Assembly: GCA_009926125.1 (NCBI GenBank)
Contig: RFPM01000001.1
Location: 3,479 to 67,478, forward strand
Length of the DNA: 64,000 nt
Direction of reading: 5' to 3'
DNA from: Flavobacteriales bacterium
GTDB taxonomy: Bacteria; Bacteroidota; Bacteroidia; Flavobacteriales_D; Crocinitomicaceae
Every line of letters begins with the position of its first letter. Within the stretch, counting starts at the first letter, position 1. Made by a program: the position numbers and the translations under genes. Below the pieces are notes generated by a model that was not told where the DNA came from, did not search any database, and saw nothing but the letters and a program-made list of their open reading frames with translations. Shown piece by piece: positions 9,048 to 19,554 of the stretch.

Positions 9048-10253
9048 ATGACATTTAAAGAACTAAATCTTTTAGAGCCGATTTTAAACGCTCTTACCTC
9101 GGAGGGTTATACCAACCCAACTCCAATTCAAGAAAAAGCAATTCCAATTTTATTAGCTGGTAGAGATATTATGGGCTGCGCTCAGACTGGAACTGGAAAA
9201 ACAGCAGCTTTTGCAATTCCTATTTTACAGCGATTAACACAAATTCCACGAACATCTGGCAATAGAAGTATTCGCTCTTTGATAGTAACACCAACACGCG
9301 AATTAGCAATTCAAATTGAAGATAGTTTTAAGAGTTATGGAGCAAATCTTCCTTTAAAACATGCCGTAGTTTTTGGTGGTGTAAATCAAGCATCTCAAGT
9401 AAATCGCTTAAAAAATGGTGTAGATATCTTAATTGCAACACCAGGTCGACTTTTAGATCTTGTACAACAGGGGTTCATTAATTTAAAGTCACTTGAGATT
9501 TTTGTTTTGGATGAGGCAGATCGAATGCTAGACATGGGTTTTATTCACGATGTTAAGAAAATCATCAAGATTATTCCAGAAAAGAGACAAACCCTCTTTT
9601 TCTCAGCAACTATGCCAAAAGAAATTACAAGCTTGGCAAATTCTATTTTGACAAATCCAAGTCATGTGGAAGTAAGCCCTGTTTCTTCAACGGCAGAAAC
9701 AATTCAGCAAGAGTTGTATTACGTTGATACGGACCAGAAAAAAGAATTGTTATTGCATTTATTGGCTGAACAAAAAATTTCTAATGCACTAGTATTTTCT
9801 AGAACCAAGCACGGTGCTGATAAAATTGTTAAGATTTTAAGTCGCGAAAAGATTAATGCTGCAGCAATACATGGTAATAAATCACAAAATGCGCGTCAAA
9901 ATGCATTAAATAGTTTTAAGGAAAGAACATTACGTGTTCTTGTGGCCACAGATATTGCAGCAAGAGGGATTGACATTGATGATTTAGAGTATGTTTTCAA
10001 TTATGATCTTCCAAATATTCCTGAAACCTATGTTCATAGAATTGGAAGAACGGGGAGGGCAGGAGCAAGCGGAAAAGCAATTTCTTTTTGTGATACAGAA
10101 GAAAGAGCTTATTTAAAAGACATACAAAAATTGATTGGCTTAACTGTTCCTGTTGTGAACGAACATCCATTTCCAGCTACAGGAAAAGTGAAGATTAAAT
10201 CTCCAGATACTCGTCCTCCACGACAAAAACAAAGTTTTTACGGAAGAAGATAA
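9048..10253 (+). CDS. DEAD-box ATP-dependent RNA helicase (RhlE-like)
   Basis: Q-motif [42 protein letters not shown]. The ATG at 9048 is preferred to the TTG at 9021. Confidence 0.93.
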   Translation: MTFKELNLLEPILNALTSEGYTNPTPIQEKAIPILLAGRDIMGCAQTGTGKTAAFAIPILQRLTQIPRTSGNRSIRSLIVTPTRELAIQIEDSFKSYGANLPLKHAVVFGGVNQASQVNRLKNGVDILIATPGRLLDLVQQGFINLKSLEIFVLDEADRMLDMGFIHDVKKIIKIIPEKRQTLFFSATMPKEITSLANSILTNPSHVEVSPVSSTAETIQQELYYVDTDQKKELLLHLLAEQKISNALVFSRTKHGADKIVKILSREKINAAAIHGNKSQNARQNALNSFKERTLRVLVATDIAARGIDIDDLEYVFNYDLPNIPETYVHRIGRTGRAGASGKAISFCDTEERAYLKDIQKLIGLTVPVVNEHPFPATGKVKIKSPDTRPPRQKQSFYGRR

Positions 10254-10263
10254 AATTATTTTT

Positions 10264-12495
10264 CTATTTCTGAATGCTAATTTCATCTATAAAAGTCCAT
10301 GGTTGCGTTTCTTCACCAGGCATTCCATTTGGTATTTTAGACAAAGAGTAGATTTTAATTTTAATTTTTTGTGTTTTATGTGAAAAGGTTATTAGCACTT
10401 TTTCTTTTTTAATTGATGTTTCGCTACTTGTATATTTTTTGTTTTTATTCACTGCTTCAAGCTCAATTTTTACTGGTAAGTGAATCCATGAATTTTCATC
10501 TTTCAAAAAAGAAAGTTCTAAGCTTTTAATTTTTTGTTTCTTAAGAAGATCTAGCTCAATTTCAATATAAGAGGTATCAAATCCAAGCCATTCGTGACCT
10601 TTCCACGGTCTTGATCCAAATTGACCGTCAACAAGAGTTAAATCTCCGCTATTGTAGCTTGGACTTGCTTGTGTAATTAGTTTTACAGGAACGCCGAGTG
10701 ATGGAGAATTGTGAATCACAAAATTTGAACTCAAACCTGTAGCTTCAGAGCTTACAAGAATGGTATTTTCAAAGTTCTTACCACTCGTTCTTTCAAAGGT
10801 AATGGCTTGTTTGGAATTCAAAATAAATTCATCTTTCCGAGCATTTAATGATGATTGAACTTTAAATTGTTCTGATGACTTTTTTGATTCAATCCAAAAT
10901 TTTAGTCCTTTTTCTGAACGATTAAAGTTTAATATGGGAAGAAGTGAAGTTTTTGAAAAAGGAATATTTTGTTTTTCGAGGAAGCCAAAATGCTTGTTGT
11001 GAAGAACTGTAGAGAATTCCTCAAAACTTGGTTTTTCTGAACACCAGAGAACTTGAGCCAATGCAATTGCTCTAGGATAAGCCATGTACATTAATTTATC
11101 AAAGGTCGGAATGTATTCTGTCCAAAGATTTGCTTGAGCTCCAAGAACATAAGCTGCGTGTTCTGTTTTCATTCCTTGTGGTATAGGACTAAAAGCATAC
11201 ACTTTTTCCAAGGGAGTAAATCCACCAATTGCTAAGGGTTCATCTTTTCCTTTTCCTTGGTAATGGTCAAAATAACAATGTGAACCGGGCGACATAACGA
11301 CATAATGTTCTTGTTTTGCTGCTTCTAATCCACCATCAAATCCTCGCCAGGACATTACAGCAGCATTTTTAGATAATCCACCTTCTAAAATTTCGTCCCA
11401 TCCAATGATTTTCTTCCCTTTTTGAGTTAGGTAATTATCCATTCTTTGAATAAAATAACTTTGAAGTTCATGCTCATCTTTTAGCTTGTTTTCTCGAATA
11501 ATATTTTGACATTTTTGACATTTTTTCCATCTTGTTTTTGGTGCTTCATCGCCACCAATATGTATGTATTCTCCGGGAAATAATGGTACAATCTCGTCTA
11601 AAATAGCTTGCATAAACAGAATGCTTTCTTCTTTCGCACAAAGGATATCGTCAAAAATACCCCAGAGTCCAGGTACTTCTTGTTGCTTTCCATTACAGGA
11701 GAATTCAGGATAGGCGCTAAGTGCAGCGCGGCTATGTCCTGGCATTTCTATTTCAGGAACTACAGTTATGTACTTTTCTCCTGCGTATTTTACAATTTCT
11801 TTTATTTGTTCTTGCGTGTAAAAACCTCCGTAGCGTTCCTTTTTATAGCTTCGAGGCGAGCTCGTATAATGATTTTCAACTGTGCTATCCCTCCAAGCCC
11901 CAATTTCTGTGAGTTTTGGATATTTTTTAATTTCTACACGCCAACCTTGATCGTCTGTGAGATGCCAATGAAAGGTGTTGAACTTATAAATCGCCATTAA
12001 ATCAATAAATTTTTTGACTTCTTCAACAGAAAAAAAATGACGTGAAACATCTAAATGCAAACCTCGCCATTGGTATTTTGGGAAATCACTAACAAAGGTT
12101 TTATGAATAAAGTAGTCTTCACCTTCTTTTTCTATCATTTGCATGAGAGATTGCAGCGCATAGAAACACGATTGATCACTCGAATAGGAAATGCGTATGT
12201 CCTTATTAATTGTGATCTTATAAGAATCTTGAATTACATTTTTTAATTTACTGAATTTAATAAGAGAATTCGTGTCATTTTTGAATGTTAGTTTGTGAAA
12301 GACGCTTCCAAGAATTTTTAATTGTTCAATTAAATTTGGGGAAATTTTAGAAAAATCAACTGAAATAGTACTATCAAAATACAGTTTATCTTCTTGTTCT
12401 ATGCAAACAACTGGACTTGGTAGAATGTGTGTGTTTTTCTGACAAACTACAAGAGATGATAAGAATAAGCACCCAATTAAAAAAAAAGATTTCAT
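10264..12495 (-). CDS. GH20 beta-N-acetylhexosaminidase with C-terminal discoidin-like domain
   Basis: Signal peptide, HWHLTDDQGWR and HIGGDE catalytic region, plus about 230 extra C-terminal residues. Confidence 0.9.
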   Translation of the reverse strand: MKSFFLIGCLFLSSLVVCQKNTHILPSPVVCIEQEDKLYFDSTISVDFSKISPNLIEQLKILGSVFHKLTFKNDTNSLIKFSKLKNVIQDSYKITINKDIRISYSSDQSCFYALQSLMQMIEKEGEDYFIHKTFVSDFPKYQWRGLHLDVSRHFFSVEEVKKFIDLMAIYKFNTFHWHLTDDQGWRVEIKKYPKLTEIGAWRDSTVENHYTSSPRSYKKERYGGFYTQEQIKEIVKYAGEKYITVVPEIEMPGHSRAALSAYPEFSCNGKQQEVPGLWGIFDDILCAKEESILFMQAILDEIVPLFPGEYIHIGGDEAPKTRWKKCQKCQNIIRENKLKDEHELQSYFIQRMDNYLTQKGKKIIGWDEILEGGLSKNAAVMSWRGFDGGLEAAKQEHYVVMSPGSHCYFDHYQGKGKDEPLAIGGFTPLEKVYAFSPIPQGMKTEHAAYVLGAQANLWTEYIPTFDKLMYMAYPRAIALAQVLWCSEKPSFEEFSTVLHNKHFGFLEKQNIPFSKTSLLPILNFNRSEKGLKFWIESKKSSEQFKVQSSLNARKDEFILNSKQAITFERTSGKNFENTILVSSEATGLSSNFVIHNSPSLGVPVKLITQASPSYNSGDLTLVDGQFGSRPWKGHEWLGFDTSYIEIELDLLKKQKIKSLELSFLKDENSWIHLPVKIELEAVNKNKKYTSSETSIKKEKVLITFSHKTQKIKIKIYSLSKIPNGMPGEETQPWTFIDEISIQK

Positions 12496-12534
12496 TTACA
12501 ATTTTATAGATTCATTTATTAAAGAAAATCTATA

Positions 12535-12542
12535 CAAATATA
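12535..12542 (-). promoter_or_regulatory. Bacteroidota -7 box (TATATTTG on minus strand) for the GH20 gene
   Basis: Matches TAnnTTTG. Lies 39 nt upstream of the start at 12495. Confidence 0.4.
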
Positions 12543-12580
12543 GTAATAAGCGACTAAAATTAATTTTTAGGATGAGAAGA

Positions 12581-13588
12581 TTATACTTCTTCTTTATAAT
12601 TATGTCTGTATCTAAGAATAAGACCACTCATAATAAAAATACCAAAAAACCCAATGGTAAATGATAGCCAATCTGGATATTCTTCCCGGCTAAGAAATAT
12701 GTAGCCCGCGATAAAAATAAGAAAACCAAATATTATTCTTGGAATATTATGCTTTATTGGAACTTTGTATATTCTTGGCATTTCTGAAGTTTGAGCTTCT
12801 GGACCGAGAAATAATAATGCCACGGCTCTTTTAAAAGGCAGTTTCCTGAAATTATGAATTAGCTTAAGAAAGAATAATGCTTGGATATGAAATGGATCTT
12901 GCTGTTCAATTTCTTTTGTTAAACCATAAACAACAGGAATATCATCTATTCTATAGCTTCTAAAAATTCGGTCCCATATTGTGAATACTCCGCCATAATT
13001 AACATCTAAATGCTCATGCACGGAAGAATGATGTAATTGATGAAATTTAGGTGTTACGAAAATTCGTTCCCAACCCTTAAATTCAGGCCATAATTCGCTG
13101 TGCAATAGGTATTGATATAAAGCATTTACAGCATTTGCAATAATAATATTCTCTGGGGTAATTCCAAAAAATATAAGTGTTCCATAAACAAAAATTCGTG
13201 CTACAAATCCTACGGGTGATATTGCAAAATTCACAGAGAAATTGTATTCTTTACTTTGATGATGTATCATGTGGGCAGCCCAAATCATTGATACACGGTG
13301 AGATATACGATGATATACATACCACATTAAATCTACAGCAATAAAAGCGACAGCGAAAGCAAGCCAGGGCGGTCCAAAAGGGTCAATAAATCTCCAAGGA
13401 ATTAGAAAAGTAAAAAAATACAAGCCAAAATTAATAGTTAGAATACCTATTAATCTTTCGATCATTCCAAGTCCTAAGTTCAGAACAGTTTGGTCTAAAG
13501 TTATTTTTCTCTTTTTAAGTTTAAGGGCAAAAAGTTCAATTCCAAAAAGAGAAATAGCAACACAAAGAATTATTAAATCGTGATTCAT
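12581..13588 (-). CDS. Membrane fatty-acid hydroxylase/sterol desaturase family protein
   Basis: Multiple TM segments and three His boxes: HRISH, HMIHH, HQLHH. Confidence 0.8.
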   Translation of the reverse strand: MNHDLIILCVAISLFGIELFALKLKKRKITLDQTVLNLGLGMIERLIGILTINFGLYFFTFLIPWRFIDPFGPPWLAFAVAFIAVDLMWYVYHRISHRVSMIWAAHMIHHQSKEYNFSVNFAISPVGFVARIFVYGTLIFFGITPENIIIANAVNALYQYLLHSELWPEFKGWERIFVTPKFHQLHHSSVHEHLDVNYGGVFTIWDRIFRSYRIDDIPVVYGLTKEIEQQDPFHIQALFFLKLIHNFRKLPFKRAVALLFLGPEAQTSEMPRIYKVPIKHNIPRIIFGFLIFIAGYIFLSREEYPDWLSFTIGFFGIFIMSGLILRYRHNYKEEV

Positions 13589-13613
13589 TTACTATCTCAA
13601 TTATTTTTTTTTA

Positions 13614-13621
13614 CAAATTTA
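13614..13621 (-). promoter_or_regulatory. -7 box (TAAATTTG) for the fatty-acid hydroxylase-family gene
   Basis: Matches TAnnTTTG. Lies 25 nt upstream of the start at 13588. Confidence 0.45.
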
Positions 13622-13682
13622 ACAACAAGTTTTTAGTTTTTATTATTTTATATCGCAAGTTATTAAATTAGACTTGTGAAAA

Positions 13683-16600
13683 TCACATATTTCGTCGGTA
13701 TTGGCCACCTACAGAAAATAAGGCTTCTGTAATTTGACCAAGGGAAGAATATTTGCATGTTTCCATTAATTCTTCAAACATATTCCGATTATTTATTGCA
13801 GCATCTTGAATACTTTCAATTCCTTTTTTTGAAGATAAGGTATTTTTTTCTTGAAGCTGTTTTAGCATTTTAATTTGATATTCTTTTTCTTCTTCCGTTG
13901 CACGAATTACTTCTTTTGGAAGAATTGTAGGAGATCCTTTTGAACTTAGAAAGGTGTTTACACCAATTATTGGAAATTCTCCAGTGTGCTTTAATGTTTC
14001 GTAATACAATGATTCTTCTTGAATCTTAGAACGCTGGTACATGGTTTCCATTGCACCTAAAACACCACCACGTTCAGTTATACGATCAAATTCTAATAAT
14101 ACAGCTTCTTCTACTAAATCAGTTAAATCATCAATTATAAAAGAACCTTGTAGCGGATTTTCATTTTTTGTTAATCCCAATTCTCTGTTAATGATTAATT
14201 GTATTGCCATTGCTCTTCTGACTGATTCTTCTGTTGGAGTAGTTATTGCTTCGTCGTATGCATTTGTATGCAGTGAGTTACAATTATCATAAATCGCGTA
14301 TAGCGCTTGTAAGGTTGTACGAATATCATTAAAGTCAATTTCTTGGGCATGTAATGATCTTCCTGAAGTTTGAATGTGGTATTTTAACATTTGTGCTCGA
14401 GAATTTGCACCATATTTCTTGGCTAGTGCTTTTGCCCAAATTCTTCTTGCTACGCGACCAATAACTGCGTATTCTGGATCGATTCCATTTGAAAAGAAGA
14501 AAGATAAGTTCGGACCAAAATCATTGATATTCATTCCGCGACTCAAATAATATTCTACATAGGTAAAACCATTTGCCAATGTAAAAGCTAATTGAGTTAT
14601 AGGATTAGCACCTGCTTCTGCAATGTGATATCCTGAAATTGAAACAGAATAGAAGTTTCGAATACCGTTATCAATAAAATACTGCTGCACATCTCCCATT
14701 AATCGAAGGGCAAATTCTGTCGAGAAAATACAGGTATTTTGCGCTTGATCTTCTTTTAAAATATCAGCTTGAACTGTTCCTCGAACCATTTTTAAAGTCT
14801 CAGTCTTTATTTTACTGTAAATTTCAGTATCTAAAACTTGATCTCCAGTAACACCAAGCAGCATTAATCCCAAACCATTATTTCCTTCGGGAAGTTCTCC
14901 TTGGTATTTTGGTCGCTCAGTACCAGTTTTCTTGTAAATAGCTTCAATTTTCTTTTCTATATCAGCTTCTAAAGAATTCTCAGTAATATATTTCTCACAG
15001 TTTTGATCAATGGCAGCGTTCATAAAAAACCCAAGAAGCATTGGTGCTGGACCGTTAATTGTCATAGAAACAGATGTAGATGGGTTACTTAAGTCAAATC
15101 CTGAGTACAATTTTTTTGCATCGTCTAAGCAGCAAATTGAGACACCAGAATTGCCGATTTTACCATAAATATCGGGCCTTAAATCAGGGTCGTTTCCATA
15201 AAGTGTTACAGAATCGAAGGCAGTTGAAAGTCTTTTTGCAGGTAATCCAAGACTTACATAATGAAAACGCTTGTTTGTCCTTTCTGGACCGCCTTCACCT
15301 GCAAACATTCGTGTTGGATCTTCACCTTCTCTTTTAAATGGAAATAAACCTGCTGTATAGGGAAATTCTCCAGGATAATTTTCTTGTAAAACCCATCTTA
15401 AAATATCGCCCCAACTACTGTATTTCGGTGAAGAAACTTTTGGAATTTGTGAGTGAGAAAGTGATTCAGTGTGCGTCTCAATTTTAATAATTTTTTCACG
15501 TACTTTAAATTCAAAATTTGGATTCTTAAATAGCTGTTTTTTATCTTTCCAAGTTTGAATTATCGCCCAGTTTTTAGGATCAAAATTTAATTTTTCTATT
15601 TCAAAGGTTTCTTGTAAACTTTTTACTAATCTATCTTTATCCTCGAACTTCGCATTATGCATGGTAGCAATAGCACTATTCAAACCATATAATTTTTCAG
15701 CTACAAGCACTTGCTCATTTACCCATTTATCGTAGGAGCGATTATTTTCAGAAATTTCAGATAAATAGCGCGTTCTATCAGGTGGAATCACAAAAATCTT
15801 TTCAGACATTTCTCGTGTGATTTCAAAGGTTGAATTTAAATCCATTCCAGTTTTCTCAACAACTTTATCCATAATTACTTTGTACAAGGAATTCATTCCT
15901 GGATCGTTGAATTGTGAAGCAATTGTTCCATGAACAGGCATTTCATCAACCGCAGTTTCCCATAAATTATGGTTTCGTTGGTATTGTTTTCTGACATCAC
16001 GTAAAGCATCAAGAGCTCCACGTTTATCAAATTTATTGAGTGCTATAACATCTGCAAAATCAAGCATGTCAATTTTTTCTAACTGCGTTGCTGCACCGTA
16101 TTCTGGTGTCATAACATACAAAGACACATCTGAATGGTCTAGAATTTCAGTATCAGATTGACCAATTCCTGAAGTTTCAAGAATGATGAGGTCGTAATTT
16201 GCAACTTTTAGAATGCTTATTGCTTCTGCAACATGCTTTGAAAGTGCAAGGTTTGATTGCCGAGTTGCTAAAGAACGCATGTAAACGCGATTGCTTTTAA
16301 TTGAATTCATTCTGATTCTATCACCCAATAAGGCACCGCCTGTTTTTCGTTTTGAAGGATCTACTGATACAACTGCAATTTGTTTATCGCCAAAATCTAC
16401 AAGAAATCGCCGCACTAGTTCGTCTACGAGTGATGATTTTCCTGAACCGCCAGTTCCAGTAATTCCTAATACAGGAATTGACTTTGTTTTGGCAAGTGCT
16501 CTAAGATCATTTAAAACGACTTTATTTTCTTCAGGAAAATTTTCGGCTGCAGAAATAGCACGTGCAATGGAAGGGATATTTTTTACTGCTATTTCCTTAA

Positions 16601-17063
16601 TTGCATTAGTTATATTTTCACCAACTGGAAAATCACATTGTTGAACGAGATTATTAATCATTCCTTGTAAGCCCATCGTTCTACCGTCGTCTGGGTGATA
16701 AATACGCGTAATTCCGTAGTCGTGTAATTCTTTGATTTCTGAGGGAAGAATTGTTCCTCCTCCTCCTCCAAAAATTTTAATATGAGGTGCTCCTTTTTCT
16801 TTCAATAAATCACACATGTATTTAAAATACTCGATATGTCCACCTTGATAGGATGTCATTGCTATTGCCTGAGCATCTTCTTGTATTGCACAATCTACAA
16901 CTTCTTCAACTGATCGATCGTGACCGAGATGAATTACTTCACAACCAGTTGCTTGAATGATACGGCGCATAATATTGATTGCTGCATCATGGCCATCAAA
17001 AAGCGAAGCAGCAGTTACAATTCTTATCTTATTAATTGGTTTGTATGGTGCAACTTGTTCCAT
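13683..17063 (-). CDS. icmF: Fused isobutyryl-CoA mutase (B12-binding domain + MeaB-like GTPase + mutase barrel)
   Basis: 1126 aa. N-terminal B12 domain ([11 protein letters not shown]), P-loop [12 protein letters not shown], and a C-terminal methylmalonyl-CoA-mutase-like substrate domain. Confidence 0.9.
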   Translation of the reverse strand: MEQVAPYKPINKIRIVTAASLFDGHDAAINIMRRIIQATGCEVIHLGHDRSVEEVVDCAIQEDAQAIAMTSYQGGHIEYFKYMCDLLKEKGAPHIKIFGGGGGTILPSEIKELHDYGITRIYHPDDGRTMGLQGMINNLVQQCDFPVGENITNAIKEIAVKNIPSIARAISAAENFPEENKVVLNDLRALAKTKSIPVLGITGTGGSGKSSLVDELVRRFLVDFGDKQIAVVSVDPSKRKTGGALLGDRIRMNSIKSNRVYMRSLATRQSNLALSKHVAEAISILKVANYDLIILETSGIGQSDTEILDHSDVSLYVMTPEYGAATQLEKIDMLDFADVIALNKFDKRGALDALRDVRKQYQRNHNLWETAVDEMPVHGTIASQFNDPGMNSLYKVIMDKVVEKTGMDLNSTFEITREMSEKIFVIPPDRTRYLSEISENNRSYDKWVNEQVLVAEKLYGLNSAIATMHNAKFEDKDRLVKSLQETFEIEKLNFDPKNWAIIQTWKDKKQLFKNPNFEFKVREKIIKIETHTESLSHSQIPKVSSPKYSSWGDILRWVLQENYPGEFPYTAGLFPFKREGEDPTRMFAGEGGPERTNKRFHYVSLGLPAKRLSTAFDSVTLYGNDPDLRPDIYGKIGNSGVSICCLDDAKKLYSGFDLSNPSTSVSMTINGPAPMLLGFFMNAAIDQNCEKYITENSLEADIEKKIEAIYKKTGTERPKYQGELPEGNNGLGLMLLGVTGDQVLDTEIYSKIKTETLKMVRGTVQADILKEDQAQNTCIFSTEFALRLMGDVQQYFIDNGIRNFYSVSISGYHIAEAGANPITQLAFTLANGFTYVEYYLSRGMNINDFGPNLSFFFSNGIDPEYAVIGRVARRIWAKALAKKYGANSRAQMLKYHIQTSGRSLHAQEIDFNDIRTTLQALYAIYDNCNSLHTNAYDEAITTPTEESVRRAMAIQLIINRELGLTKNENPLQGSFIIDDLTDLVEEAVLLEFDRITERGGVLGAMETMYQRSKIQEESLYYETLKHTGEFPIIGVNTFLSSKGSPTILPKEVIRATEEEKEYQIKMLKQLQEKNTLSSKKGIESIQDAAINNRNMFEELMETCKYSSLGQITEALFSVGGQYRRNM

Positions 17064-17352
17064 CTTTTTAGATCTCTTTTTCTGAATGCGATAAAATTAC
17101 GAAAAAAGCATTATTTATCGGCGAGTTTATCTTCAATAGTGTTGAATTCCTCTTCAGTACTAATTTCGTAGATTCCTCTTTTATTTAGCATATCTTGTAT
17201 CAGAATGATTTCTGGGTATTTACTGGCAATAATTTCAATTTTAAAGTATTGATTTCCGACAGATTGAATTTCAGTAAAAGTTCGTTAGCCTGAAATTTTA
17301 TAAAACGATTTGTCATTTCTTAATTTTCTATAGCATGGAAATATAGTTTGAT

Positions 17353-17946
17353 TCATTTCAATTTACCACCTTTTTTAATGAAACCAATAAATTCCCTGAA
17401 TTGCTTCTTCGATTTAAACACTTTTAAAAATTCACTAAAAAAAGATTTATTTTTTATGCTTGATTCTTCTTGATCTTTTGGTACTTCATTTTCTAAATCT
17501 GGTTGTTGCGGAATTAATATTTCTTCCTGTTCTTTAGAAATTTCATCAGCAAGCTCAAAGTTTTTTTGTGCTTTTTGCTTATACCCTAATTTTTCTAGCA
17601 GTAAGCCAATATTATTGTATGAAACTGCATCTTCTGGATCGAGTTCAATGGCTTTTTCGTAATCTAAGATTGCAGCCTCTGTATCGCCAAAAAAATCTCT
17701 AGCATAAGCTCTAGAAGCATAGCGATATCCGTAAGTATTTTCTAAAAAAACTGCTTGATCAAAATCTTGTAGGGCTGCTTCTTTTTTATTTTGATGTATA
17801 AAAATTACTCCACGATCACTAAATAAATTTGCTTCATTTGGAAAGAGGTAAATTAAATCATCAAAGATGTTTAGTGCTTGTTGATAATCCTTCTCCAGCA
17901 TTAAATTATATGCTTTTTCGTGCTCTTGATTTATAAATTTTTGCAT
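17353..17946 (-). CDS. TPR repeat protein
   Basis: Repeated A-x-x-x-Y/F-x-x-A-I-x-L-x-P TPR units. The start is moved to the ATG at 17946 because a CAAATATA (-7 box) lies at 17964-17971, inside the longer ORF. Confidence 0.65.
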   Translation of the reverse strand: MQKFINQEHEKAYNLMLEKDYQQALNIFDDLIYLFPNEANLFSDRGVIFIHQNKKEAALQDFDQAVFLENTYGYRYASRAYARDFFGDTEAAILDYEKAIELDPEDAVSYNNIGLLLEKLGYKQKAQKNFELADEISKEQEEILIPQQPDLENEVPKDQEESSIKNKSFFSEFLKVFKSKKQFREFIGFIKKGGKLK

Positions 17947-17963
17947 GGATAATATATTTTCTG

Positions 17964-17971
17964 CAAATATA
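17964..17971 (-). promoter_or_regulatory. -7 box (TATATTTG) for the TPR gene
   Basis: Matches TAnnTTTG. Lies 17 nt upstream of the ATG at 17946. Confidence 0.45.
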
Positions 17972-17995
17972 ACGAGACTTGTTGAATAGGCTTTG

Positions 17996-18003
17996 TAATT
18001 TTG
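17996..18003 (+). promoter_or_regulatory. -7 box (TAATTTTG) for the ykgJ-like gene
   Basis: Matches TAnnTTTG. Lies 13 nt upstream of the ATG at 18017. Confidence 0.5.
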
Positions 18004-18016
18004 CTGCAATAAGATT

Positions 18017-18508
18017 ATGAAAGAAAACGACCAATCCTCTTTAGATAGTGCAAAATTGGCAATTCACGCCACGAAAAAGGTTTTTCGCAAAATGAAACAG
18101 GCAAAACCGAATGATTTAGATCAAAAGTTTCACAAAGGTCATGAAGCTGAATTTAAAAAGATGGATTGCTTAAGTTGTGCAAATTGCTGTAAAACAACCA
18201 GTCCAATTTTTAGAGATGCTGATATTCGTCGTATTTCTAAGCATCTTCGTGTTAAGGAAGGAAAGTTTATCTCAGATTACTTAAGAATGGACGAGGAAGA
18301 AGATTATGTTTTAAAAAGTTCTCCTTGTTCATTTTTGGAAAAAGACAATAGTTGTTCTATTTATGATGTTCGGCCACTAGCATGCAGAGAATACCCTCAC
18401 ACAGATAGAAAAAACATGTTTCAAGTACTGGAAATTACAGCGGAAAATTCATTAATATGCCCTGCAGTTGCGCGTATTGTTCTCGCGATTACTTCTCCAA
18501 AAATTTAG
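18017..18508 (+). CDS. YkgJ-family cysteine-cluster (zinc/iron-chelating) protein
   Basis: CLSCANCCK together with CSIYDVRPLACREYP. Confidence 0.75.
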   Translation: MKENDQSSLDSAKLAIHATKKVFRKMKQAKPNDLDQKFHKGHEAEFKKMDCLSCANCCKTTSPIFRDADIRRISKHLRVKEGKFISDYLRMDEEEDYVLKSSPCSFLEKDNSCSIYDVRPLACREYPHTDRKNMFQVLEITAENSLICPAVARIVLAITSPKI

Positions 18509-19431
18509 GCGTCTTTTTCTTTTGTTGAAATCATTGCCTGGATTTGCTTCATAGTTCTTTGCATTCCTTCAGCACTTCCATCGAGAAATATTGTATTTCC
18601 ATTTCCATATTCTGCGAAGTTCTTAATTGCTTCTGTCCACATTGAAAATAAAATAACATTGGTGTCCAAATTTGCAGCTTTCATTTCATCTGCGGCTTCA
18701 CTCATACCTTTAGCCACTTCTTGACGGAATAATGCAACTCCTTGTCCACGAAGCATTGCTGCTTCTTTTTCAGCTAGTGCAGCAATTTTTGTAGCATTTC
18801 CATCAGCTTCCGCAGCTTTTGTTTTTGTGATTAATAGCGCTTGACCTTCATTTTCAGCAGCAGCTTTTAAATTGTTTGAAGCAACAACTCTACTCATGCT
18901 CTCAATAATCGCTTGATCAAATGTAATATCGTTAATTTGCAAGTCAATTAAATGGTAACCCCACATTTCTAAGGTGTTGTCTATTTGATTTTTTACACTG
19001 TCTACTAATTCATGTCGACGACCGAGAATTTCAGACTGTTTTTGACTTGCTACATAGGCGCGAATTGAACCTTCAATTGTGCGGATCAAGGCCTGCATTA
19101 AATCTTTATTACTGATAAATTTAAAGGCAACTTTTTTGATTGTCTCTTCTTCGGAGTCTAAAACACTGTAGAGCAACATACTTTTAAAGTAAACATTTGC
19201 TTGGTCAATTGTTACTGCTTGAAATTCCATTTCGATACTTTGGTTTTGAATGGAAACCCTGCGGTATATTTGTTCAATTATTGGGATTTTAAAACGTAAG
19301 CCAGGCTGCAATATTCTGCGGTATTTACCAAAAAGGGTAACAACAGCAATGGTTCCTTGTGTTACTGTTAGTAGGGAGCTGAAGATTATTAAAGCAATAA
19401 CTCCGAGAGCAATTAAAAGTGGATTTTCCAT
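18505..19431 (-). CDS. SPFH/band-7 (prohibitin-like) membrane protein
   Basis: N-terminal TM helix followed by an SPFH core and an Ala/Glu-rich coiled-coil (AAENEGQALLITKTKAAEADG). Confidence 0.8.
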   Translation of the reverse strand: MENPLLIALGVIALIIFSSLLTVTQGTIAVVTLFGKYRRILQPGLRFKIPIIEQIYRRVSIQNQSIEMEFQAVTIDQANVYFKSMLLYSVLDSEEETIKKVAFKFISNKDLMQALIRTIEGSIRAYVASQKQSEILGRRHELVDSVKNQIDNTLEMWGYHLIDLQINDITFDQAIIESMSRVVASNNLKAAAENEGQALLITKTKAAEADGNATKIAALAEKEAAMLRGQGVALFRQEVAKGMSEAADEMKAANLDTNVILFSMWTEAIKNFAEYGNGNTIFLDGSAEGMQRTMKQIQAMISTKEKDA

Positions 19432-19443
19432 AATTTTTTTTTA

Positions 19444-19451
19444 CAAAGTTA
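19444..19451 (-). promoter_or_regulatory. -7 box (TAACTTTG) for the SPFH gene
   Basis: Matches TAnnTTTG. Lies 12 nt upstream of the start at 19431. Confidence 0.5.
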
Positions 19452-19542
19452 GATATAATTGTCATTGGAAATGAATAAATAATTCTTTTATTTTAATATA
19501 TTTCAATAAATTATCTCATGCTGAAAGAGTCTTTTAATTTTT

Positions 19543-19550
19543 TAACTTTG
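19543..19550 (+). promoter_or_regulatory. -7 box (TAACTTTG) for the second DEAD-box helicase
   Basis: Matches TAnnTTTG. Only 4 nt separate it from the ATG at 19555. Confidence 0.45.
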
Positions 19551-19554
19551 CTGT

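Noticed and set aside
11608-12000. 130-aa antisense ORF inside the GH20 gene. Similar ones occur at 16291-16644, 53223-53612, 58433-58762 and 58855-59157.
   Set aside because: All are nested antisense to genes with strong family motifs and have implausible protein composition. I treat them as shadow ORFs.
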